A DNA stretch of 64,000 nucleotides from Octopus vulgaris (lineage: Eukaryota), in NCBI GenBank assembly GCA_951406725.2, contig OX597822.1, positions 60,884,001-60,948,000 of the forward strand, given 5' to 3'. Within the stretch, counting starts at the first letter, position 1, and each line of letters starts with the position of its first letter. This document shows positions 52,961 through 64,000 of the stretch, piece after piece. Position numbers and translations under genes: made by a program. The notes under the pieces were generated by a model. It was not told the origin of the DNA, did no database searches, and was given only the letters and a program-made list of their open reading frames with translations.

Positions 52961-54085
52961 AAAAATTTCAGTTATCTCTCTCTTTCACACATTACTCTCT
53001 CTGTCTCTTCGCACACACTAACAGAAGCACTTCACTTACACAACATACTGTCTGTCTCCCACACCCCATCAAACACACACACGGGGACTTCAAAAAGAAA
53101 TTCCCTCGTCATAAAATCGCTTCCTCTTAGTCTCTTTCGCTCTCATTACTTCAAATGTTCCCGCAAACCCATATGTAAAAAAATAAGTTTTTTACGGAAA
53201 TCGACGGAGGAAATCGACGGAAACGTGTGCTACTACAAACGAAACATTGCCCACTTTTTTGAAACGTATCCGGTACATATACCGAAGGTTCGCCCGTTTG
53301 TTTGATATTTGGTGACGCTCAACAGTCAACCAAAACGATAACGGAGAAACGGAAAGCACGCCTATTGTGCATGTGTTTGTGTCTGTGTATTTTGGGCCAC
53401 ATCTAGAACTTCATTGTCAAATGTATCATATAGGACGATGAAGGAGTATTTAGTTGTTATTTCTAGCTAGTCGAACAATGGAGTTAATTTGTGGGTGACG
53501 TTTTATTTTTAATTTTCTATGAGCTGGGTAGAAATTGGTGTAACTAAAGACGTTTTAGCGGTATTAATTTATGTTAAGGACTTTTAACTTATGTCACCGG
53601 TATCATTCAATAGTGGAAAACATTTTTAATGACACCGCCTAAACGATCACGTATAGCATTATCTCATGTCGAGAGAACTTCTGTGTTTGAGAATAGATTG
53701 GTGATCCATCATCTGCATGACTAAATATTTTATTTTCGTCACATCTTTGTTATACATCCTTATTTAACACGCCAGGCCAAACATGTATTAATGAGCAGCC
53801 AATGAGCGATTAGCTTTCATGAAATGGTTTTAATTACCAACCAATGGGCGAATCTTTGATATTCAAATTTATGTGCTTTTATTTTGTTGTGTATCGTCAA
53901 AAATGTGTCTCTCACGACGATAGATGCATTCAACAACAAACATTCCAGTGGTAAGTAAATAAATAGATATATTGCATATTTTTAACTCATGCAAATAGTA
54001 TCCCGTGATATTCAAAATAAACTGAACCATAATAGCTTATACTCACAGACATTTCTTGTATTTTAGGAATTAAAGGTGAATTAAC

Positions 54086-54961
54086 ATGGCAGAAGTTAAT
54101 CACTTGGACACTTGCAAAACGAATGTTTTCAGCAATAGAAAATCAGTTGCAAAGACGTGCAGCGAAGAGAAACGTTCGCGTAAAAGTCTTCACTGTGAAA
54201 TCTGTGGGAAATACTTCAGTGAGAATTCTAAACTTACAATCCACATACGTAGTCACACCGGAGAAAAACCGTATCGATGTGAGATATGTGGAAAATCATT
54301 TATTACTAATGGTCATTTAACAACACACAGAACAATACATACTGGAGAAAAACTACACCATTGTGAAACTTGTGGGAAATCCTGTACTCAGTATTCGAAC
54401 CTTGTAACCCACAAAACGATCCACACGGGGGAGAAACCTTTCCTTTGTGAAATATGTGGGAAATCTTTCTCTGTAAAGTCTAGTCTTATAGTTCATAAAA
54501 GGATACATACGGGAGAAAAACCTTATAACTGTGAAATATGCGGGAAATATTTTGTCTATAACAGTAATTTAACGAAACATAAACGAATCCACACGGGAGA
54601 GAATCCTTTTCACTGTGATATATGCGGGAAGTCTTTCATAGAAAATTCTAAACTTACCGTTCATAAACGTTGTCACACTGGAGAAAAACCGTATCCCTGT
54701 GAAATATGTGGAAAATCTTTTGTCTCTAACAGTGATTTAAAAACACACAAACGAATACATACTGGGGAAAAACCCTTCCAATGTGAGCTATGTGATAAAT
54801 CTTTTACTCAGAATTCTAGTCTTATAGTTCACAAACGTAGTCATACTGGAGAAAAACCTTTCCACTGTGACATATGTAGGAAATCGTTTATAAGTAAGAG
54901 TTTGTTAAAAAGACACATACGGATACACGCTGGAGCCAAGACTTTTAACAGTGAAACGTGA
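54086..54961 (+). CDS. C2H2 zinc-finger protein, subfamily B, 9 fingers
   Basis: 291-aa ORF starting MAEVNH; decayed fingers downstream to about 55260. Confidence 0.92.
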   Translation: MAEVNHLDTCKTNVFSNRKSVAKTCSEEKRSRKSLHCEICGKYFSENSKLTIHIRSHTGEKPYRCEICGKSFITNGHLTTHRTIHTGEKLHHCETCGKSCTQYSNLVTHKTIHTGEKPFLCEICGKSFSVKSSLIVHKRIHTGEKPYNCEICGKYFVYNSNLTKHKRIHTGENPFHCDICGKSFIENSKLTVHKRCHTGEKPYPCEICGKSFVSNSDLKTHKRIHTGEKPFQCELCDKSFTQNSSLIVHKRSHTGEKPFHCDICRKSFISKSLLKRHIRIHAGAKTFNSET

Positions 54962-57900
54962 GATTCTCTTGCAAACTTTTAGTCCATCCAACAAATTTAC
55001 ACACTGGGAAAATATCATTGTGAACCATGCCAGAAATGATTCTGTCCCCTCTCTAAAATATTTCGGAAATCCTTATTTATGAATTTTAAGCTTGTAGTTA
55101 ACAAATGAATTTACAACTGAGTACAAACTGGACAGAAAATTTTCACTGTGAATTATGTTGGTGCAACAAAATCTTATAAAAGAGAAAACCTGTAGAAAGT
55201 TCTTATTCAAAAGCCAACCTTAAATTAAAGAGAAATATATACAGGAGCAAACTATTGAGATGATTTGTTGAAAACATTCTTTAGATTTTAAAAAAGAACA
55301 AATAACTGAGATATTCATTTCATTTAAAATCTTAACACTAAAATTTGTGACAAAATATTCACATTTATATGTACATTAAAATTTTTTCTAAATCACAAAT
55401 TAGTTGAATAATATTTTCTGGAGAGCTGAATTGGTCATTTTCAAAACTGATTTCCCACTGAAAATACTAAAATATATTGGTAAATAAAATTGTCTCCTTA
55501 CCAAACTTACACAAACTTGAAAATAGAGAGTCCTGTTGCATGATGCATCTGAGGCAGTTCAAGCAATCCTGTAGCTTGGTTTTAGTGCCAGTATCAGTTG
55601 GCATATTACTTTGTTACAGTTTAAAAATGTAATGAAGATATACAGTTCTTTAGTAAAGGGTCATCAAATGTAATGACAGAATTTAGTATGAAGATGCATC
55701 AGAAAAATGAATCATTGTCATCATTTAATGTGTGTTTTCCATGCTGGCATGGATTGGACAGTTTGGCAGGAGCTTTCCAGACTCCAAATTGTCTGCTGTA
55801 CTATGGTTTCTACAGCTGGATGCCCTTCCTAACACTAACCACTTTACAGAGTGTGCTGGGCGCTTTTTACATGCCACCAGCATAGGTACATTTATGCAGC
55901 ACTAGCATCTGTACAGAACAAGCCTGTGTGTATGAACTACAGCAATTTTACTTGGCTTGACATGTTTTCTTATGGCCACAACTCCCAATCTCTTGTCATT
56001 TTTTTTTCCCTGAGACAGTGTCTGAAGATCCTTTCTCACCACTTTGTCCTACATCTTCCTCGGTCAACCCCTTCCACAGATTCCCTCCACAATTAAAGCT
56101 CAAACACAATTATTAAAATGGCCATTTATTAAGATTAATTATAATATTAGTCATTACAATATATAAGAAATATACAACTTTGTCAACTGGTTCATTCTGT
56201 ATGATAGTAGTTATTTTCGTCTCTGCGACTCTTAGAGATAGAAAGAGTAAGTTAGTCAAAGTAGATAGAGTAACAGTTGTGTTCTCACACTCATACCAGG
56301 TGAAGGAAATAGCCATAATCTTGGTAGGCACCAAATTACCAAAAGAGAGTGAGAGCAATCTGACTTGTGTATTTATATTTTTGTTAGTTTAATTAAGTCA
56401 GCTGAGAACAATGGGGTTCTTCAATATCAGGTTTCACCCTTGAATAACTCAAAAAGGTCTGAGAGGTCAACCTATTCACATTAATCTCTTTGTGCAAAAA
56501 GGCAAAAATAGGCTGATGACTTATTTGATAGTGTGGATTTAGTTTTGAATCTTAGCTTAGATATTCTGTAGTTGTTTATCACAACTTCATTGATAAGGTA
56601 GAATTTGGCAACAAGGTTGTTTTGACATTTTCAGTCTTCTACTGGTTTGTTATAATATCCATTTTTGGATGGTGGTTGCCTAGCAGCAGCTTCTTTGCTT
56701 CTATTAAGATCAAGTCTAACTTGTTTTTAATGAATATTGCCGAGACTGCAATATTATATGCAGAAATTAGGTTTGAGAAACTCTTATCTTTAGACTATAT
56801 AAAAGATACTATTCCTTAGATATTTAAACTAAAATAGTGAATAGCAACAAAAAACAAAAGGGATAATCTGTTATACTTTAATGAGGACCTACAACTAGCA
56901 GTACTAGCCAGTTCATTATCATGCACAGTAACTTAAGTTCCTTTAAATCTTATATATAGCAGCAACCAACTTAATCAGCATTCAATATAAAATATGTTTT
57001 GAGTATGGGTCTGTGTATTCTACCATGATCAATGTAACTGATTGTGAGTATTATCTAATCCTGGTACTTCATTATGATGCACCACTTGTTCTGCACGTGT
57101 TCTTTTAAGGTCACATCAAGCATGTGACTGTAGAATATTCGACAGTACACCTTCCTTGGTCAACCCCTTGCAAAGATTCCCTCCACAATTAGAGCTCAAA
57201 CACAATTATTAAACTGGCTGTTTATTAAGCAGATTCACCTCTCTTTGATCTTAACATTTACTCAGATTGACTGGTTTATGTGTGTAGATAATTACACTAT
57301 TTTTTCCCACTTTTCATGAATGATTTCAGACTCAAGTTCAGTTTCAAGTGTTACATAATTGTCATATGACTGCTTCTCTCTGAGCTTTTAGGATTTCATT
57401 ACTGAATATGTTTACACTATATAATTTTTTACATTTTCCTTTTCTATGTGTGTCTGAGGCTGTCGATGTCTTACACAACCTCTTCTCATCTCAGGCTATC
57501 TGTGTTGTGAGAGTGACAGGGTTGTGGCCACCTGCTAACTTTACATTAAATCCACATCAGCTGTTAATAACAAACAAATAATTGAATGTGTGGTTTTGAA
57601 TTATTGCTTATACTAGTTAATACCATTTCAGTTTAAGCAGGAGTTATTTGTATTTCTGATAGGAAGTGTTCTGCAATAAAACAAGTTTTATGTGTAATTT
57701 TATCTGAAAATGTTATGTAAAATATTTTAGTATTTGATAATACTTAAGAATTTCATGTTGATGATCTATGCTCTTGGCTAAAGAAAATTGGGTACAATGC
57801 TTATAAGACATATTACTCACAATCGAATGGAATTGTAGATAGAAGATACAAACACTTAAATCAGGTTTAAAACTCTCCTTTTCTAAAGAAATATTTTAAT

Positions 57901-59374
57901 TATCTTTGCCCCATCTATTGTTTAGTTATCACATTATTACACTATCCTCACATTCGTAAAATATAAAGTACTTTTGCATCAATAGTACATTAACATTGTG
58001 CACTATTTTCCATTAATGAACAAGTTTGGAGTAATGGTGGTTCTACAACAGAAATTACAACATGGAAACAGCACTACTCTCATTACAAGGAATGAATGAG
58101 AGGCATTGGTCCAATCTGATCAAATTAAGAATGCACAATGTGAAGCAGAAATTTGTTGATGTAAGAACAAGGAGGTTTCATAAGAAATGTAATCTTGTGT
58201 AATATTTGAAAAACAATTCATAGAAACTTAGTCCAACTCTAAAATATTTTATTTAACCTTGTCAAAGGTAAATAATAAATATCAAGCTTCTTGTATGTAA
58301 CTGTAGAAGTTACGACATGCACTTTCTTAGTGAAAAATGTTTTCATTGTCCATGGATGAAGAAATTGTTTTAGACTGGAAGAAGTGTCCAGCACCCATTA
58401 CCTTTGTTGACCCTCCAAAGTTGATGAGATCAATTCTGTTTGTGTTTAGCTTACACGTTCGTTATTAGTCAGCAATTGGTATGAAAAATTTGTAGTGATG
58501 GATAATATTCCAGTGAGCTATTGCAGGTCATTGGAAGTGCAATATAAAAATAGATGATGAAAAGACCAAGTGATATGGGTACCGGATGGAGGCAGCTTAC
58601 AACTAGCTCATCTTGATATGTCCTCAATGTAGGCTTTTAATTATAATCAACGTAGATGAAATTAAGCATTAGGTATGAAATTTTAAAAGTATTAAAATGT
58701 TATACCTTAAGGCAAGTGATAGAAGACTGAAGCAGATCGATTAAAAAAGATAGAAAGCAAACTATCTTCTGGGTAAAAGTAACTGTAGACATGAGGATTT
58801 GATATGTAAAGGTGAGTGACAGTGGGGAGCGTGTTGCAAATGGTGTATACAGATTTATGGAATAATAAAAGCTTGCACAGTTCAATGGACAAAACAAAAC
58901 AGAGATGAACTTTATAGAGCATTATACTTAACAGAAAAATTGATGAAGTATAACCAATGAATGTGGACAGCTTTTTGATTCAAACAAGACAGGTTGTGAG
59001 AGTGGAAAAAATTTACACGAAATAACGGACCCCCATGCCTGATTGATAGACAGGCAAAAAATTTCGTTCAATTCTGTCTTGCTACGTAAGAAAACATAAG
59101 ATTTTAGCGAACATGCTTGATTCATTACAGAAGCAAACTAATTTTGTAATAAAAATTATACGAGGCATTTCAGTATAATGGAGCAAGGGAGACAACTTAT
59201 ATTTATATCCCTATAGGTGATAAATTTGTCGGCTGGACGGACGGAAAGTAGAGAGATTGAGAGAGACGGACAAATTAACAGACATAGCTGGTACATGAAA
59301 AGACCAATAGAATGATGTACACACACACACACATATATATATAATTCTTAATCCAAAAACGTCATATTTTATCT

Positions 59375-59745
59375 TTTTCTTACTTGTTTCAGTCATTAGA
59401 CCGGTCATGTTGAGGCACGTGAATCGATCCAAGTACTTAGAATTAAGCTTAGTACTAATTCTATCGGTCTCTTCTGACGAACCACTAAGTTACAGGGCGT
59501 GAACACACCAATACGGTTGTCAAGCAGTGTGGGTGGAGAGGACAAACACACACACCGAGACACACAACGATATATATTCTTTTCTTTATTCCTTTGTTTG
59601 TTGTTTGACTGTTGCGGCCATATTGAAGCACTGCCTTTAGTCGAACAAATCGACCCCAGGTTTCTTTCAGTTTCTATCTACCAAATCCACTTACAAGTCT
59701 TTGGTCAGTGCAAGGCTGTAGTAGAAGACACTTGCCCAAGGTGCC
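59375..59745 (-). mobile_element. SINE family 1 fragments (two nested or partial copies)
   Basis: Two 3' tails (about 59380 and 59600) and shared body sequence. Confidence 0.7.
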
Positions 59746-60425
59746 AACACGAGTACACATAGCTAAACCCACTTGTGTAGAAAACACACAGAGCCATACA
59801 AACATATAGGCCATAATGCCACAGAGTCAAGCAGTGCCTCCTGATATCGAACACACACATATATACAATTCAAGCCCTGTCATACAGTCACATAGACAAA
59901 AATCTGCATATATAACGATAAGACCTATGAGTTGATTGCACAAGTCAGCAAGGCATAGCAAATATTCACATAAACTCTGTCCATCAGTTGGCCAGCCTGC
60001 CTGCATGTCTAAGTTTCAGAATTACTTTTGTAATGACTCTCTCATTCATCTTCAAAATCAACTAATGCTATCAAGCCTTTTGGTAGAGAACATCCACAAA
60101 AGTTTGTTAATCCAGAATGCAATGAGGAAACTGTGATTCTTATATGACAGGAACATGGTAAGAGAGGTATTTTCTTAATGAGTAAAGGCTATAAACTTTA
60201 AAGAAATAATAAATCATATAAAGTTTATGATGTCGTTTAGTATCCTCTCATATGCGTCAGTATGGAATTCTTCAGATGGGGTCCAACTAAAGTTACATGC
60301 AATGCTTTTTTATTAATATCACTTCAATATCTATCCAACCCAATTTATTATACTGTCAAGATTTATATCTACAGTAAGCTTTTATGTTTGTAACGGTAAT
60401 CTGAAAAATAAAATTACAATACAAC

Positions 60426-61167
<742 letters not shown>

Positions 61168-61250
61168 GAATGCATTGTTCAATTAAATGGAGTTGCATGA
61201 AACGATCGTACTGCATTACCTCTGGATATCTTTGTTGCTTATTTTGATAA

Positions 61251-64000
61251 ATCATCATCATCGTTTAACGTCCGCTTCCCATGCTAGCATGGATTGGACG
61301 ATTTTGACTGAGGGCTGGCGAACCAGAAGGCTGCACCAGGCTCCAATCTTGATCTGGCAGAGTTTCTACAGCTGAATGCCCTTTCTAACGCCAAGCACGC
61401 CGAGAGAGTAGTGTGTGCTTTTTACATGCCACCGGCACGGGGGCCAGTCAGGCGGTACTGGCAATGACCTCGCTCAAATTTTTACACATGCCACCGGCAG
61501 AGGTGCCAGTGAGGCGACGTTGGTAACGATCACGCTTGAATGGTACCCTTTTACGTGCCACCGGAACGGAAGCCAGTTGGCTGCTCTGGCAACGATCACG
61601 CTCGGATGGTGCTCTTGGCACCCTACTAGCACGGGCACAAGTGCCAGTAACGCGACGCTGGTAACGATCACACTCGAATGGTGCCCTTTTATGTGCCACT
61701 GGCATGGAAGCCGGTTAGCCGCTCTGTCAACGATCACAATCGTATGGTGCTCTTTGCACCCCGCTAGCACAGATGCCATTCATCGAATTTGATTTTGATT
61801 TCACTTGCCTTAACAGGTCTTCGCAAGCAGAGTTTAGTGACCAAAGAAGGAAAAGGTACGCATAAGCTGGCTGGTTACGCTGCTGGCATAGGCCACAGGT
61901 TATTGTCTCATTTGGCTTGCCGGGTCTTCTCAAGCACGGCATATTTCCAAAAGTCTCGGTCGCTAGTCATTTCGTTGGTGCGTTGGTGAGGCCTAATGTT
62001 CAAAGGTCGTGCTTCACCACTTCATCCCAGGTCTACCTCTTCCACAGGTTCCCTCAACTGCTAGGGTGTGACACTTTTTCACACAGCTATCCTCATCCAT
62101 TCTTGCCACATGACCATACCAGCGCAGTCGTCTCTCTTGCACACCACATCTAATGCTTCTTAGGTCCAACTTTTCTCTCAAGGTACTTACACTGTTGAGT
62201 ATGCACACTGACATTACACATCCAACGGATCGTACTGGCTTCATTCCTTGCGAGCTTACACATGTCCTCGGCAGTCACAACCCATGTTTCACTGCCATGT
62301 AGCATGGCTGTTTGTACACAAGTATCATACAGTCTACTTTTTACTCTGAGCGAGAGGCCCTTTGTCACTAGCAGAGGTAAGAGCTCTCTGAACTTTGCCC
62401 AAGCTATTCTTATTCTAGCAGCTACACTTTCAGCGCACCCTCCTCCACTACTGACTTGGTCACCTAGGTAATGGAAGATATCAACTACTTCTAGTTTTTC
62501 TCCCTGGAACGTGGCGGAAATTTGGTCTCTGCGCATTTTCAGTGTTTATTGCTCCCGAGCATCTGCCACATACAAAAACTATCTTCCCAGTTAGCGTTCC
62601 TTTGATAATACTGCACCTCTTGTGTCCATAGCTTACACTGGGTACACCTTATAGAGTTTCTACCTACGCCTCTACTACAGATCGCGCAGGGTCATCTACC
62701 TGAAGGGATTTGTGGTTTGCCTGCCTTCCTACTTATTAGGACTTTGGTTTTAGCTAGGTTGATTCTAAGGCCCTTCGATTCTAATCCTTGTTTCCACACT
62801 TGAAACTTCTCCTCCAGTTCTGATAGTGACTCAGCAATTAGAGCAAGGTCGTCAGCATAGAGGAGCTCCCAGGGGCATCCTGTCTTGAATTCCTCCGTTA
62901 TTGTCTGGAGGACTATAGGAGGGGGCTGAGGACTGAACCTTGGTGGACCCGTACCACTACCCTGAATTCTTCAGTGTATTCGTTGCCAACCCTCACCTTA
63001 CTTACAGCGTCCATGTACATGGCTTGCATAGCTCTCACTAACCATTCAATGATCCCTAGTTTCCTCATTGACCACCAGATAAGGGATCGGGGGAACCCTG
63101 TCGAAGGCTTTCTCCATGTCAACGAAAGCCAGGTACAGGGGCTTATCTTTGGCTTGGTATTTCTCCTGCAGCTGTCTTACCAGAAATATGGCATCAGTGG
63201 TGCTTTTCCCTGGCACAAAACCAAACTGCATCTCATCCAAGCTGACTCTCTCCCTAATCAGTTGGGCTATGATCCTCTCCGTAACTTTTATTACCTGATC
63301 CAACAGCTTGATACCTCTGTAATTATTTGTATCTAAAGCGTCACCTTTACCTTTGTAGCAGTTGACTATTATGCTGCTACACCAGTCATTGGGTATGACT
63401 CCTTCATGTCTCACCTGGTTAACTATACTGGTGACTAGGCTATAGCCGACACTGCCAGATATTTTGAGCATCTCTGCAGTGATTCCTGATGGGCCTGGGG
63501 CTTTCCCTGTCTTCATACTTCTAATTGCCTTATCTACCAAGGTACTGTCAACTCGGATAGCTGGTCCCTCAGTTGGGTCGACATTCGGCAGACTCTCTTT
63601 CTCCCATTCATTTTCTTTATTCAGCAACCTTTCATAATGGCATCTCCAAACCTCTCTCTTTGCATCCTCATTTAGCGCAAGTGAACCATCATCCATGCGA
63701 ACACATTTCTCTCCTACCACATCACGATTCTCTCTCACACACTGTCTTGTAACACGAAATACCTCAAGTCTTTAGTCCTCACTGCACAGAACATTGGCAA
63801 ATTTTTTCCTGCTTCCCCTCTGGCTAAATAAACCTGCCTCCTAGCTTCCCTTCTGACAGTCTGATACACTTCCCTGCTACCACCATTCTTCCAGTCCTTC
63901 CAAGCGTGCTTCTTTTGTCTAACAGCCTTGTCAACAACATTGTTGTACTACCACGTTATTTGGGGTCAAGAGGGGACTTTGCACCATCCACAGATTTGGT
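61251..64000 (-). mobile_element. RTE-clade LINE (degenerate RT plus 3' UTR), continues beyond the window
   Basis: GKAPGPSG, NYRGIKLL, QFGFVPGKSTTDAIF, FVDMEKAFDRV, HQGSVLSPLL, YADD (near 62850), RRLRWYGHVARM, GRGRP; (ATG)n tail. Confidence 0.92.

Noticed and set aside
58000-59150. Coding-like composition, possible decayed gene or transposase
   Set aside because: No recognisable motif and frequent stops; needs BLASTX

Overview
AT-rich animal (non-bacterial) DNA containing a tandem cluster of seven single-exon, effector-less C2H2 zinc-finger ORFs (16, 9, 16, 9, 15, 9 and 9 fingers). They fall into two paralogous subfamilies that largely alternate: A (CDICGKSFS fingers; 559, 8333, 23969, 43170) and B (M[EA][DE]VNH N-terminus, CEICGKSF fingers; 19266 minus, 31311, 54086). 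The finger style and repeat content resemble octopus/coleoid cephalopod genomes (inference, not verified). The intergenic space is mostly transposon-derived: tRNA-like SINEs, RTE, CR1-like and Tx1/L1-like LINE relics, a Gypsy pol relic, Tc1/pogo, piggyBac, hAT, MULE-like and Helitron elements, and long (TA)n tracts. Most notable: (i) four hammerhead-ribozyme-like motifs in short, probably Penelope/retrozyme-type repeats, two sharing a non-canonical CUGUYGA core; (ii) a 2.97-kb near-palindromic foldback with a 9-bp TSD that carries the same RTE-derived insert mirrored in both arms; (iii) a 93-bp tandem enhancer-like cassette with CRE/CCAAT/TATA motifs between divergent ZNF genes; (iv) a stop codon at the same finger position in all B-type ZNFs. 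Most short ORFs in the track are spurious (microsatellite or repeat-derived). All alignments and folds were done by eye.
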